Shown here: one piece after another, positions 1 through 10,551 of the stretch
How the letters are laid out: each line of letters begins with the position of its first letter
Numbering within the stretch: the first letter of the stretch is position 1
Assembly (NCBI RefSeq): GCF_044647545.1
Contig: NZ_CP172818.1
DNA: 64,000 nucleotides
Strand: one strand, 5' to 3'
Source: Escherichia coli
GTDB lineage: Bacteria > Pseudomonadota > Gammaproteobacteria > Enterobacterales > Enterobacteriaceae
The notes under the pieces: model-generated
What the model was told of the DNA's origin: nothing
Databases searched by the model: none
The model's input: only the letters and a program-made list of their open reading frames with translations
Program-made: the position numbers and the translations under genes

Positions 1-317
1 AAACGGTACTCAATAGTATGGACGGCTTTTTTACCCGCTATGGTAAACACACCATTCTGGTATGCCGATTATTGCCTTTTGTCCCTTTCGATCCAATCAG
101 CTATGCTGCCGGTTTGACTTCAATACGTTTTCGCTCGTTTTTTATCGCCACCGGGCTTGGTCAGTTACCGGCAACTATTGTTTATTCCTGGGCGGGCAGC
201 ATGTTAACAGGCGGTACTTTCTGGTTTGTCACCGGACTGTTTATTCTGTTTGCCCTGACCGTGGTGATTTTTATGGCGAAGAAAATATGGCTTGAGCGCC
301 AGAAGAGGAATGCCTGA
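1..317 (+). CDS. ydjZ: TVP38/TMEM64 (DedA-related) inner membrane protein, C-terminal part; gene begins upstream of window
   Basis: Open frame runs from window edge to stop at 315-317; hydrophobic sequence; position immediately upstream of ynjA as in K-12 order. Confidence 0.7.
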   Translation, partial: TVLNSMDGFFTRYGKHTILVCRLLPFVPFDPISYAAGLTSIRFRSFFIATGLGQLPATIVYSWAGSMLTGGTFWFVTGLFILFALTVVIFMAKKIWLERQKRNA

Positions 318-865
318 TGGGTTTACCGCCGCTTAGCAAAATTCCTTTCATTTTACGTCCGCAGGCGTGGCTGCATCGTCGCCATTACGGCGAGGTGCTA
401 AGCCCCATTCGCTGGTGGGGGCGGATCCCGTTTATCTTTTATCTGGTGTCGATGTTTGTCGGCTGGCTGGAGCGCAAACGCTCACCGCTCGATCCGGTAG
501 TGCGATCGCTTGTCAGCGCGCGCATTGCGCAAATGTGCCTGTGTGAGTTTTGCGTGGATATCACCAGTATGAAAGTCGCCGAGCGTACCGGCAGCACCGA
601 TAAACTGCTGGCAGTGGCTGACTGGCGGCAAAGCCCGCTCTTTAGCGATGAAGAACGGCTGGCGCTGGAGTACGCCGAAGCCGCAAGCGTCACACCGCCA
701 ACGGTCGATGATGCCCTGCGTACCCGACTGGCTACCCATTTTGACGCTCAGGCACTCACCGAACTGACGGCATTGATCGGCCTGCAAAATCTGTCAGCCC
801 GTTTTAATTCTGCCATGGACATTCCCGCTCAGGGGCTGTGCCGTATTCCTGACAAACGTTCTTAA
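317..865 (+). CDS. ynjA: AhpD-like / carboxymuconolactone decarboxylase family protein
   Basis: 182 aa ORF; CxxC-containing motif QMCLCEFC; ATG overlaps upstream stop (TGATG); synteny. Confidence 0.85.
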   Translation: MGLPPLSKIPFILRPQAWLHRRHYGEVLSPIRWWGRIPFIFYLVSMFVGWLERKRSPLDPVVRSLVSARIAQMCLCEFCVDITSMKVAERTGSTDKLLAVADWRQSPLFSDEERLALEYAEAASVTPPTVDDALRTRLATHFDAQALTELTALIGLQNLSARFNSAMDIPAQGLCRIPDKRS

Positions 866-874
866 GGAGAGATG

Positions 875-2041
875 ATGCGCCATTGTGTATGGTTGCTGGG
901 ATTGTTATCGCTGTTTTCTTTGGCAACACATGCCAGTGACTGGCAGGAAATTAAAAATGAGGCCAAAGGGCAAACCGTCTGGTTTAACGCCTGGGGCGGC
1001 GATACCGCAATTAACCGCTATCTCGACTGGGTTAGCGGCGAGATGAAAACCCATTACGCTATAAACCTGAAGATTGTTCGTCTCGCGGATGCCGCAGACG
1101 CGGTGAAGCGCATTCAGACCGAAGCTGCTGCCGGACGCAAAACAGGCGGTTCGGTGGATCTGCTCTGGGTGAACGGCGAAAACTTCCGCACCTTAAAAGA
1201 GGCCAATTTATTACAAACGGGCTGGGCGGAGACTCTGCCCAACTGGCGCTATGTCGACACACAGCTTCCGGTGCGGGAAGATTTTTCAGTGCCTACAGAA
1301 GGGGCTGAATCGCCCTGGGGCGGCGCACAACTGACGTTTATCGCCCGCCGCGATGTTACGCCACAGCCACCACAAACGCCGCAAGCCTTACTGGAGTTTG
1401 CTAAAGCCAATCCCGGCACGGTTACCTATCCGCGCCCACCGGACTTTACTGGCACCGCATTTCTTGAACAGTTACTGATTATGCTGACGCCAGATCCCGC
1501 AGCATTAAAAGAAGCACCGGACGATGCGACTTTCGCCCGTGTCACTACGCCCTTGTGGCAATATCTTGATGCACTGCATCCGTATTTGTGGCGCGAAGGA
1601 AAAGATTTCCCGCCTTCACCCGCGCGGATGGATGCGCTGCTGAAAGCTAACACATTGCGCCTGTCGCTGACCTTTAACCCTGCACATGCGCAGCAAAAAA
1701 TCGCCAGCGGCGATTTGCCTGCAAGCAGTTACAGTTTTGGTTTTCGCGAGGGGATGATTGGCAACGTCCATTTCGTCACCATTCCTGCCAACGCGAATGC
1801 CAGTGCTGCGGCGAAGGTAGTTGCCAATTTCTTGCTCTCACCCGATGCGCAACTGCGTAAAGCAGATCCCGCTGTCTGGGGCGATCCTTCTGTTCTCGAT
1901 CCGCAAAAACTGCCTGACGGGCAGCGCGAATCCTTGCAATCAAGAATGCCGCAAGATCTGCCGCCGGTACTGGCTGAACCGCACGCAGGTTGGGTAAATG
2001 CGCTGGAACAAGAATGGCTACACCGTTACGGTACGCATTAA
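875..2041 (+). CDS. ynjB: ABC transporter periplasmic substrate-binding protein
   Basis: 388 aa from second ATG; N-terminal signal peptide; SD aaggagag at 864-871; synteny. Confidence 0.85.
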   Translation: MRHCVWLLGLLSLFSLATHASDWQEIKNEAKGQTVWFNAWGGDTAINRYLDWVSGEMKTHYAINLKIVRLADAADAVKRIQTEAAAGRKTGGSVDLLWVNGENFRTLKEANLLQTGWAETLPNWRYVDTQLPVREDFSVPTEGAESPWGGAQLTFIARRDVTPQPPQTPQALLEFAKANPGTVTYPRPPDFTGTAFLEQLLIMLTPDPAALKEAPDDATFARVTTPLWQYLDALHPYLWREGKDFPPSPARMDALLKANTLRLSLTFNPAHAQQKIASGDLPASSYSFGFREGMIGNVHFVTIPANANASAAAKVVANFLLSPDAQLRKADPAVWGDPSVLDPQKLPDGQRESLQSRMPQDLPPVLAEPHAGWVNALEQEWLHRYGTH

Positions 2042-3549
2042 TCTTTTTGCTGTGGGCGATGGTGGCGGTGATTTATGCACCGCTGATCCCGGCAACTCTC
2101 ACGCTGATATCGCCTGCTTTATCGTTGACACACTGGCAGGCGTTATTTGCCGATCCACAGTTACCGCAGGCATTACTGGCAACGCTGGTGTCGACAACCA
2201 TCGCGGCGGTCGGGGCGTTGTTGATTGCCTTGCTGGTGATTGTGGCGCTGTGGCCTGGGCCGAAATGGCAGCGTATGTGCGCCCGTCTGCCGTGGCTGCT
2301 CGCCATTCCCCATGTGGCTTTTGCCTCCAGCGCCCTTCTGCTCTTTGCTGACGGAGGGCTGCTTTATGACTATTTCCCGTATTTCACTCCGCCAATGGAC
2401 AAATTGGGTATTGGGCTGGGCCTCACCCTGGCGGTGAAAGAAAGCGCATTTCTGCTGTGGATCTTAGCGGCAGTATTGAGCGAAAAACGGCTGTTGCAGC
2501 AAGTTATTGTGCTGGATTCACTGGGCTACAGCCGCTGGCAATGTTTGAAGTGGCTGCTTTTGCCCTCTGTCGCGCCTGCGCTGGCAATGGCGATGCTGGC
2601 GATTGTAGCCTGGTCGCTGTCGGTCGTGGATGTGGCGATTACCCTTGGGCCAGGTAATCCCCCGACGCTGGCAGTAATTAGCTGGCAGTGGTTAACTCAG
2701 GGCGACGCCGATCAACAAACGAAAGGCGCACTCGCCAGCCTGCTGCTGATGCTGTTACTCGCCGCCTACGTTTTGCTGGGCTATCTGCTATGGCGTAGCT
2801 GGCGGCGTACTATTCCCCGCGTAGATGGCGTTCGTAAGCCTGCCACGCCTTTATTGCCAGGCATTACGCTGGCGAGTTTTTTACCCTTAACCGGTGTGCT
2901 GTGTGTGGTTCTGCTGGCGATCCTCGCGGATCAGTCGACGATCAATAGTGAAGCGCTCATCAACAGCCTGACAATGGGGCTGGTGGCGACATTCATCGCT
3001 TTGCTCCTGTTACTGCTGTGGCTGGAATGGGGGCCACAGCGTCGCCAGTTGTGGCTATGGTTGCCCATTTTATTACCCGCTCTGCCACTGGTGGCGGGCC
3101 AGTACACGCTGGCGCTATGGCTGAACCTGGATGGAAGCTGGACGGCGGTGGTCTGGGGGCATCTGCTGTGGGTAATGCCGTGGATGCTGTTTATCCTGCA
3201 ACCCGCCTGGCAGCGCATTGATTCACGGTTAATTTTGATTGCGCAAACACTGGGCTGGTCGCGGGCCAAAATCTTCTTTTACGTAAAATGCCCACTCATG
3301 TTGCGCCCTGCGCTGATTGCCTTCGCGGTGGGATTTTCAGTCAGTATTGCGCAGTATATGCCGACGCTGTGGCTGGGCGCGGGGCGTTTTCCGACGCTCA
3401 CCACTGAAGCGGTGGCATTAAGCAGCGGCGGCAGCAACGGTATTCTCGCCGCCCAGGCTTTATGGCAACTGCTGTTACCGCTTATTATTTTTGCCCTGAC
3501 CGCGTTAGTCGCAAAATGGGTAGGTTATGTCAGACAAGGACTCCGCTAA
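2014..3549 (+). CDS. ynjC: ABC transporter permease (two fused transmembrane domains)
   Basis: 511 aa from ATG at 2014; highly hydrophobic, multi-TM; synteny. Confidence 0.85.
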   Translation: MATPLRYALIFLLWAMVAVIYAPLIPATLTLISPALSLTHWQALFADPQLPQALLATLVSTTIAAVGALLIALLVIVALWPGPKWQRMCARLPWLLAIPHVAFASSALLLFADGGLLYDYFPYFTPPMDKLGIGLGLTLAVKESAFLLWILAAVLSEKRLLQQVIVLDSLGYSRWQCLKWLLLPSVAPALAMAMLAIVAWSLSVVDVAITLGPGNPPTLAVISWQWLTQGDADQQTKGALASLLLMLLLAAYVLLGYLLWRSWRRTIPRVDGVRKPATPLLPGITLASFLPLTGVLCVVLLAILADQSTINSEALINSLTMGLVATFIALLLLLLWLEWGPQRRQLWLWLPILLPALPLVAGQYTLALWLNLDGSWTAVVWGHLLWVMPWMLFILQPAWQRIDSRLILIAQTLGWSRAKIFFYVKCPLMLRPALIAFAVGFSVSIAQYMPTLWLGAGRFPTLTTEAVALSSGGSNGILAAQALWQLLLPLIIFALTALVAKWVGYVRQGLR

Positions 3550-4202
3550 TGCTCTGCGTGAAAAATGTTTCGCTACGTTTACCAGAAAGCCGCTTGCTGA
3601 CAAACGTTAACTTTACGGTGGATAAAGGTGACATTGTCACGTTAATGGGGCCGTCTGGCTGTGGAAAATCTACACTGTTTTCATGGATGATTGGTGCGCT
3701 GGCCGGACAGTTTTCTTGTACAGGTGAGCTATGGCTCAATGAGCAACGGATTGACATGCTACCCACCGCAGAGCGTCAGATTGGCATTCTTTTCCAGGAT
3801 GCACTGTTATTTGACCAGTTCAGCGTCGGGCAAAATTTACTGCTGGCTCTGCCAGCGGCACTCAAAGGTGTTGCAAGGCGCGATGCGGTAAATGATGCGC
3901 TGGAGCGTGCGGGGCTTGGCGGTATGTTCCATCAGGATCCTGCCACTTTGTCTGGCGGTCAGCGAGCGCGCGTTGCTCTGCTGCGCGCCCTTCTCGCTCA
4001 GCCAAAAGCGTTGCTACTGGATGAGCCATTCAGCCGTCTTGATGTGGCTCTGCGCGATAATTTTCGCCAGTGGGTGTTCAGCGAAGTTCACGCCCTGGCG
4101 ATCCCCGTCGTTCAGGTAACGCACGATCTCCAGGATGTTCCTGCTGATAGTTCTGTTCTGGATATGGCGCAGTGGTCAGAAAATTACAACAAACTGCGAT
4201 AA
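3549..4202 (+). CDS. ynjD: ABC transporter ATP-binding protein
   Basis: Walker A GPSGCGKST and ABC signature LSGGQRARV; TAATG stop/start overlap with ynjC. Confidence 0.9.
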   Translation: MLCVKNVSLRLPESRLLTNVNFTVDKGDIVTLMGPSGCGKSTLFSWMIGALAGQFSCTGELWLNEQRIDMLPTAERQIGILFQDALLFDQFSVGQNLLLALPAALKGVARRDAVNDALERAGLGGMFHQDPATLSGGQRARVALLRALLAQPKALLLDEPFSRLDVALRDNFRQWVFSEVHALAIPVVQVTHDLQDVPADSSVLDMAQWSENYNKLR

Positions 4203-4268
4203 CGCAAAGTTTTTCTCAATGCGTCAGTTCAGAATGGCGCACTCAAAACTACAATGTCGGGATTTTCG

Positions 4269-5576
4269 ATGAAACGTGTTTCTCAAATGACCGCGCTGGC
4301 AATGGCTTTAGGGCTGGCTTGCGCTTCTTCGTGGGCCGCTGAACTGGCGAAGCCTCTTACACTTGACCAGCTTCAACAACAAAATGGCAAAGCGATAGAT
4401 ACTCGCCCCAGCGCGTTTTATAACGGCTGGCCACAAACCTTAAATGGCCCTTCTGGTCATGAACCTGCCGCCTTAAACCTCTCTGCCAGCTGGCTCGACA
4501 AAATGAGCACCGAACAGCTCAACGCGTGGATCAAGCAACATAACCTGAAAGCCGATGCTCCGGTGGCGCTGTACGGTAATGACAAAGATGTCGACGCCGT
4601 CAAAACGCGACTGCAAAAAGCAGGTTTTACGCATATCTCCATTCTGAGTGACGCGCTAAGCGAACCTTCCCGTCTGCAAAAACTGCCGCATTTTGAGCAG
4701 CTGGTTTATCCGCAATGGCTGCACGACCTGCAACAAGGTAAAGAGGTTACGGCGAAACCTGCCGGTGACTGGAAAGTCATTGAAGCGGCCTGGGGCGCTC
4801 CTAAGCTTTACCTTATCAGCCATATTCCCGGCGCTGACTACATCGATACCAACGAAGTGGAAAGCGAACCGCTGTGGAACAAAGTTTCTGATGAACAACT
4901 GAAAGCGATGCTGGCAAAACACGGCATTCGCCATGACACCACGGTCATTCTGTACGGGCGTGACGTATACGCTGCAGCGCGTGTGGCACAAATTATGCTC
5001 TACGCTGGCGTGAAAGATGTCCGCCTGCTGGACGGCGGCTGGCAAACCTGGTCCGACGCGGGACTGCCCGTTGAGCGCGGAACGCCACCGAAAGTGAAAA
5101 CGGAACCGGATTTCGGCGTGAAGATCCCGGCACAACCGCAACTGATGCTTGATATGGAACAGGCGCGTGGACTGCTGCATCGCCAGGACGCCTCGCTGGT
5201 GAGTATTCGTTCGTGGCCGGAGTTTATCGGTACGACCAGTGGTTACAGCTATATTAAACCAAAAGGTGAAATAGCCGGAGCACGTTGGGGACACGCTGGT
5301 AGCGACTCGACGCATATGGAAGATTTCCATAACCCGGATGGCACCATGCGCAGCGCCGATGATATTACGGCTATGTGGAAAGCATGGAATATCAGACCAG
5401 ATCAGCAAGTTTCATTCTACTGCGGCACCGGCTGGCGCGCGTCCGAAACCTTTATGTACGCACGAGCAATGGGCTGGAATAACGTCTCCGTTTACGACGG
5501 CGGCTGGTACGAATGGAGCAGCGATCCAAAAAATCCGGTAGCAACCGGTGAACGCGGCCCGGACAGCAGCAAATAA
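4269..5576 (+). CDS. ynjE: periplasmic multi-domain rhodanese (thiosulfate sulfurtransferase)
   Basis: Signal peptide; rhodanese active-site loop CGTGWRAS near C-terminus; 435 aa. Confidence 0.9.
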   Translation: MKRVSQMTALAMALGLACASSWAAELAKPLTLDQLQQQNGKAIDTRPSAFYNGWPQTLNGPSGHEPAALNLSASWLDKMSTEQLNAWIKQHNLKADAPVALYGNDKDVDAVKTRLQKAGFTHISILSDALSEPSRLQKLPHFEQLVYPQWLHDLQQGKEVTAKPAGDWKVIEAAWGAPKLYLISHIPGADYIDTNEVESEPLWNKVSDEQLKAMLAKHGIRHDTTVILYGRDVYAAARVAQIMLYAGVKDVRLLDGGWQTWSDAGLPVERGTPPKVKTEPDFGVKIPAQPQLMLDMEQARGLLHRQDASLVSIRSWPEFIGTTSGYSYIKPKGEIAGARWGHAGSDSTHMEDFHNPDGTMRSADDITAMWKAWNIRPDQQVSFYCGTGWRASETFMYARAMGWNNVSVYDGGWYEWSSDPKNPVATGERGPDSSK

Positions 5577-5584
5577 CATTGCAA

Positions 5585-6205
5585 TTACTGACGCTGGAGC
5601 GACTTCAGCGTCAGATACCCACTCCACACCCGCGTAAAGGTCGTCATCCAGCACAACGCACCAAATACCCACGCAAACCACGGAAAACAGGCCGGAAAGA
5701 GGCAACTCAGAACAAACAGCAAAATCGTCTCGCTGCCTTCGGTTAACCCGCCCAGATAATAAAACGATTTATGCGCATAACCAGGATTATCAATCTGATG
5801 TTTCGCCGCCAGCGCAGCAAAAGCGAGAAAACTGCTGCCCGTGCCGATAAACGCAAACAGCAGCCAGCCGCCTGCCAGCGCATTTTGCTCCGGTGCAGCA
5901 AGAATAAAACCAAACGGCACCAGCGCGTAAAAGAGAAAATCGAGAGAAATATCGAGAAAGCCGCCCGCGTCGGTAAGCCCTCTGCGCCGCGCCAGCGCAC
6001 CGTCCAGACCATCAAGCAGCCTGTTCAACAAAATGGCGACTAGCGCCGCCAGATACCAGCCCAGCGCCAGAAAAGGCAGTGCCAGCACGCCGATGGCAAA
6101 TCCCACTAATGTTAAACCATCTGGCGTAATGCCCGGTTTATCAAGAACCCGCACGCACTGATGCAACAACGGTTTAATCCGGGGATGAAGATGGCGGTCT
6201 AGCAC
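5585..6205 (-). CDS. ynjF: CDP-alcohol phosphatidyltransferase family membrane protein
   Basis: Motif DGLDGALARRRG...D...D matching the CDP-alcohol phosphatidyltransferase signature; start taken at second GTG to match the 206 aa K-12 length. Confidence 0.8.
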   Translation of the reverse strand: MLDRHLHPRIKPLLHQCVRVLDKPGITPDGLTLVGFAIGVLALPFLALGWYLAALVAILLNRLLDGLDGALARRRGLTDAGGFLDISLDFLFYALVPFGFILAAPEQNALAGGWLLFAFIGTGSSFLAFAALAAKHQIDNPGYAHKSFYYLGGLTEGSETILLFVLSCLFPACFPWFAWVFGALCWMTTFTRVWSGYLTLKSLQRQ

Positions 6206-6291
6206 AGGCACTCCTTAAATATAAAGCCTTTCTGATTGAGCAACAGTGCGGATATTATGGCATTTTTCGCTTATCTGCCCGTGTGTAATTT

Positions 6292-6699
6292 ATGAAAATG
6301 ATTGAAGTTGTTGCCGCCATCATCGAACGTGATGGCAAAATTTTACTCGCGCAACGCCCTGCCCATAGCGATCAGGCGGGATTATGGGAGTTTGCCGGTG
6401 GTAAAGTCGAGCCGGATGAAAGCCAGCGGCAGGCGCTGGTGCGTGAGTTACGCGAAGAACTGGGCATCGAAGCAGCTGTGAGTGAATATGTTGCCAGCCA
6501 TCAGCGAGAAGTTTCGGGGCGGATTATCCATCTTCATGCCTGGCACGTACCCGACTTCCACGGGACGTTACAGGCACATGAACATCAGGCGCTGGTCTGG
6601 TGCTCACCTGAAGAGGCGCTGCAATATCCGCTGGCCCCTGCTGACATTCCACTATTAGAGGCGTTTATGGCTTTACGCGCCGCCAGACCAGCGGATTAG
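6292..6699 (+). CDS. nudG: Nudix CTP / 5-methyl-dCTP pyrophosphohydrolase
   Basis: 135 aa; Nudix box GGKVEPDESQRQALVRELREELGI. Confidence 0.9.
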   Translation: MKMIEVVAAIIERDGKILLAQRPAHSDQAGLWEFAGGKVEPDESQRQALVRELREELGIEAAVSEYVASHQREVSGRIIHLHAWHVPDFHGTLQAHEHQALVWCSPEEALQYPLAPADIPLLEAFMALRAARPAD

Positions 6700-6937
6700 T
6701 GCTAAGGGTTTTGTCATCACGCTGGCATTGCAGCAGTATTCCTTCGGCTTTAATTACCGCCCCTTCAGAATAATTTTGATCCTGATAAACGCAGCACTGA
6801 GTACAGGGCTGCGCTGACTGCCCGCCTGAACTGAACACTTCTGGCGGTACGTTTACCTCCACGTCCGGATGATAATGCGGGTTAGCCAGTGCAATTAATG
6901 GAAATGCTAATACTACGGCGAACAATGCTCGACTCAC
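6665..6937 (-). CDS. ynjH: DUF1496 secreted small protein
   Basis: 90 aa with signal peptide; convergent overlap with nudG; synteny. Confidence 0.8.
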   Translation of the reverse strand: MSRALFAVVLAFPLIALANPHYHPDVEVNVPPEVFSSGGQSAQPCTQCCVYQDQNYSEGAVIKAEGILLQCQRDDKTLSTNPLVWRRVKP

Positions 6938-7172
6938 AGGGAACTCCTTAACGTTATTGTCTCTGCTACTAATAACGGTAGCCGGGCGGCATAACTTTAG
7001 CGTCTGAGTTATCGCATTTGGTTATGAGATTACTCTCGTTATTAATTTGCTTTCCTGGGTCATTTTTTTCTTGCTTACCGTCACATTCTTGATGGTATAG
7101 TCGAAAACTGCAAAAGCACATGACATAAACAACATAAGCACAATCGTATTAATATATAAGGGTTTTATATCT

Positions 7173-8516
7173 ATGGATCAGACATATTCTCTGGAGTCAT
7201 TCCTCAACCATGTCCAAAAGCGCGACCCGAATCAAACCGAGTTCGCGCAAGCCGTTCGTGAAGTAATGACCACACTCTGGCCTTTTCTTGAACAAAATCC
7301 AAAATATCGCCAGATGTCATTACTGGAGCGTCTGGTTGAACCGGAGCGCGTGATCCAGTTTCGCGTGGTATGGGTTGATGATCGCAACCAGGTACAGGTC
7401 AACCGTGCATGGCGTGTGCAGTTCAGCTCTGCCATCGGCCCGTACAAAGGCGGTATGCGCTTCCATCCGTCAGTTAACCTTTCCATTCTCAAATTCCTCG
7501 GCTTCGAACAAACCTTCAAAAATGCCCTGACTACTCTGCCGATGGGCGGTGGTAAAGGCGGCAGCGATTTCGATCCGAAAGGAAAAAGCGAAGGTGAAGT
7601 GATGCGTTTTTGCCAGGCGCTGATGACTGAACTGTATCGCCACCTGGGCGCGGATACCGACGTTCCGGCAGGTGATATCGGCGTTGGTGGTCGTGAAGTC
7701 GGCTTTATGGCGGGGATGATGAAAAAGCTCTCCAACAATACCGCCTGCGTCTTCACCGGTAAGGGCCTTTCATTTGGCGGCAGTCTTATTCGCCCGGAAG
7801 CTACCGGCTACGGTCTGGTTTATTTCACAGAAGCAATGCTAAAACGCCACGGTATGGGTTTTGAAGGAATGCGCGTTTCCGTTTCTGGCTCCGGCAACGT
7901 CGCCCAATACGCTATCGAAAAAGCGATGGAATTTGGTGCTCGTGTGATCACTGCGTCAGACTCCAGTGGCACTGTAGTTGATGAAAGCGGATTCACGAAA
8001 GAGAAACTGGCACGTCTTATCGAAATCAAAGCCAGCCGCGATGGTCGAGTGGCAGATTACGCCAAAGAATTTGGTCTGGTCTATCTCGAAGGCCAACAGC
8101 CGTGGTCTGTACCGGTTGATATCGCCCTGCCTTGCGCCACCCAGAACGAACTGGATGTTGACGCCGCGCATCAGCTTATCGCCAATGGCGTTAAAGCCGT
8201 CGCCGAAGGAGCAAATATGCCGACCACCATCGAAGCGACTGAACTGTTCCAGCAGGCAGGCGTACTGTTTGCACCGGGTAAAGCGGCTAATGCTGGCGGT
8301 GTAGCAACATCGGGCCTGGAAATGGCGCAAAACGCTGCGCGCCTGGGCTGGAAAGCCGAGAAAGTTGACGCACGTTTGCATCACATCATGCTGGATATCC
8401 ACCATGCCTGTGTTGAGCATGGTGGTGAAGGTGATCAAACCAACTACGTGCAGGGCGCGAACATTGCCGGTTTTGTGAAGGTTGCGGATGCGATGTTAAG
8501 CCAGGGCGTGATTTAA
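7173..8516 (+). CDS. gdhA: NADP-specific glutamate dehydrogenase
   Basis: 447 aa; Glu/Leu/Phe/Val dehydrogenase active-site region GGGKGGSDFDPKGKS. Confidence 0.97.
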   Translation: MDQTYSLESFLNHVQKRDPNQTEFAQAVREVMTTLWPFLEQNPKYRQMSLLERLVEPERVIQFRVVWVDDRNQVQVNRAWRVQFSSAIGPYKGGMRFHPSVNLSILKFLGFEQTFKNALTTLPMGGGKGGSDFDPKGKSEGEVMRFCQALMTELYRHLGADTDVPAGDIGVGGREVGFMAGMMKKLSNNTACVFTGKGLSFGGSLIRPEATGYGLVYFTEAMLKRHGMGFEGMRVSVSGSGNVAQYAIEKAMEFGARVITASDSSGTVVDESGFTKEKLARLIEIKASRDGRVADYAKEFGLVYLEGQQPWSVPVDIALPCATQNELDVDAAHQLIANGVKAVAEGANMPTTIEATELFQQAGVLFAPGKAANAGGVATSGLEMAQNAARLGWKAEKVDARLHHIMLDIHHACVEHGGEGDQTNYVQGANIAGFVKVADAMLSQGVI

Positions 8517-8570
8517 GTGCCGGATACAGCGCAAACGCCTACTTCAGTATCAGATGGTTGAAAAGAACCT

Positions 8571-10547
8571 TTATATTATCACTCCATTAAGAAGAAAATC
8601 GCCCCGCCCCCGACCTCTTCTGATGGCGGGCTTTTTTTCGGCGCTCTCTTGCGTGGCGAATCCTTTTTCTTCCCCTTCTCCACCGCCGGGAGCCATTATT
8701 CCCCGAAACTGCCTTACCGACGTGCGCTTTGCCTGATCAATCAACTGGTACAATGTCCCCACCAGCGGCTGCATAAAGTCCTGGTAGCGACACTGCTTTT
8801 CGCTGATTTGCGTCAGCACCGATTCCCAGTGCGCGGTCATGTCCGGTCGCGTCGCCATTTCTGGCAGCGAATGGAATAGCGCTTTTCCGGCGTCGGTGGA
8901 GTGGATATAGCGCCCTTTTTTGGTCAGGAAACCACGCTTGAACAACAGTTCAATAATCCCGGCACGGGTTGCTTCTGTCCCCAGACCATCGGTCGCACGA
9001 AGGATCTTTTTCAGATCTTTGTCCTGCACAAAGCGTGCGATCCCGGTCATCGCCGAAAGCAGTGTTGCATCGGTAAAATGGCGCGGCGGCTGGGTTTGCC
9101 GCTCTACCACTTCACCTTTTTCGCACAACAATTCATCGCCTTTCGCCACCACAGGCAGCGGCATGCCGTCGTTTTCTTCATCGCGCTCTTTGCTGCCTAA
9201 CAGCGTGCGCCAGCCTGCTTCAGCAAGAAAACGGGCTTTAGCGACAAATTTGCCTTTGGCAATGTCCAGTTCGATAACACACTTGCGGAACACCGCATCC
9301 GGGCAGAACTGCATCAAGTACTGACGGGCAATCAGGTTATAGACCTTCGCTTCGTTCTCCGTCAGGTTGATCGCAGAACTCCGTGCGGTCGGAATGATGG
9401 CGTGGTGCGCATCGACCTTTTTGTCATCCCAACAGCGGTTGCGTATATCTGGATCTACCACTGGCTGCGGCAACAGATCCGGTGCATGAACGCTGATAGC
9501 ATTCATCACCGCGTGGCGTCCGGCAAAATGTTCTTCTGGCAAATAGCGGCAATCGGAACGCGGATAAGTGATTAGCTTGTGCGTTTCGTACAGCTTCTGG
9601 CAGATATCAAGCACGTTCTGCGCGCTCAGACCAAAACGTTTAGCCGCTTCAATCTGCAACGCCGAAAGCGAAAAAGGAAGCGGCGCGGATTCTGATTCCC
9701 GTTTATCGTTATAGCTGGTGACAATAGCTGGTTGACCACTAATGCGGTTAACCACATGCTCCGCCAGTGGACGATGTAACAAGCGCCCTTCTTCATCCTG
9801 GTACGGTTCACACGCTTCGCTCGGTTGCCAGATAGCGGTAAACCGCTCATCGGCAGGTGTCACGATATGTGCTTTGACTTCAAAGAAATCTTTCGCCACG
9901 AAGTTTTCAATCTCTTCGTCGCGGCGCACCACCAGTCCGAGTACGGGCGTCTGCACGCGTCCCACGGAAAGTACGCCCTGATAACCGGCATTGCGACCGA
10001 GAATGGTGTAAGCGCGGGTCATATTGATGCCGTACAGCCAGTCAGCTCGGGCTCGCGCCAGTGCAGAAACGCACAGCGGTACAAACTCGCTATTGGAGCG
10101 AAGACGATCGATCGCCCGCTCAACCGCCTGCGGGTTCAGGTCGTTTATCAAACAACGCTGTACCTGCTGGCGCTTTTCCGGTGCCAGTTGCAGGTAGTCC
10201 AGCACTTCATCCACCAGCAGTTGCCCTTCGCGATCCGGGTCTCCGGCGTGAACGATTTCGCTGGCTTCATGCAGGAAGCGTTTGATGACATTAAGTTGTT
10301 TAGTCACGGAGGGTCGGGGCTGTAATTGCCACTTTTCCGGGACAATTGGCAAATCCGCAAGATTCCAGCGCGCATAGCGGCTGTCGTAGGCGTCTGGCTG
10401 CGCCTGCTCAAGCAGGTGACCGATACACCAGGTCACCACCTGACCATTACCGCACTCGATAAAGCCATCGCCTTTCCGGTGCGGTTTAGGCAGGACATCA
10501 GCAATGGCGCGCGCCAGACTCGGTTTTTCGGCAATAAACAACCGCAT
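8571..10547 (-). CDS. topB: DNA topoisomerase III
   Basis: Starts [16 protein letters not shown] (Toprim); about 658 aa versus the recalled 653 aa K-12 length; the C-terminal 21 codons are encoded by a GC hairpin plus T-run sequence. Confidence 0.9.
   Translation of the reverse strand: MRLFIAEKPSLARAIADVLPKPHRKGDGFIECGNGQVVTWCIGHLLEQAQPDAYDSRYARWNLADLPIVPEKWQLQPRPSVTKQLNVIKRFLHEASEIVHAGDPDREGQLLVDEVLDYLQLAPEKRQQVQRCLINDLNPQAVERAIDRLRSNSEFVPLCVSALARARADWLYGINMTRAYTILGRNAGYQGVLSVGRVQTPVLGLVVRRDEEIENFVAKDFFEVKAHIVTPADERFTAIWQPSEACEPYQDEEGRLLHRPLAEHVVNRISGQPAIVTSYNDKRESESAPLPFSLSALQIEAAKRFGLSAQNVLDICQKLYETHKLITYPRSDCRYLPEEHFAGRHAVMNAISVHAPDLLPQPVVDPDIRNRCWDDKKVDAHHAIIPTARSSAINLTENEAKVYNLIARQYLMQFCPDAVFRKCVIELDIAKGKFVAKARFLAEAGWRTLLGSKERDEENDGMPLPVVAKGDELLCEKGEVVERQTQPPRHFTDATLLSAMTGIARFVQDKDLKKILRATDGLGTEATRAGIIELLFKRGFLTKKGRYIHSTDAGKALFHSLPEMATRPDMTAHWESVLTQISEKQCRYQDFMQPLVGTLYQLIDQAKRTSVRQFRGIMAPGGGEGEEKGFATQESAEKKPAIRRGRGRGDFLLNGVII
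8600..8639 (+). terminator. candidate gdhA terminator lying inside the topB 3' coding end
   Basis: GC-rich cccgcc...ggcggg pairing followed by T7 on the plus strand, 85 nt after gdhA stop. Confidence 0.4.
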
Positions 10548-10551
10548 TGAA

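Noticed and set aside
1998-2351. 117-aa alternate-frame ORF overlapping the ynjB end and ynjC start
   Set aside because: Out of frame with two well-supported transporter genes; Gly/Cys-rich nonsense-like translation.
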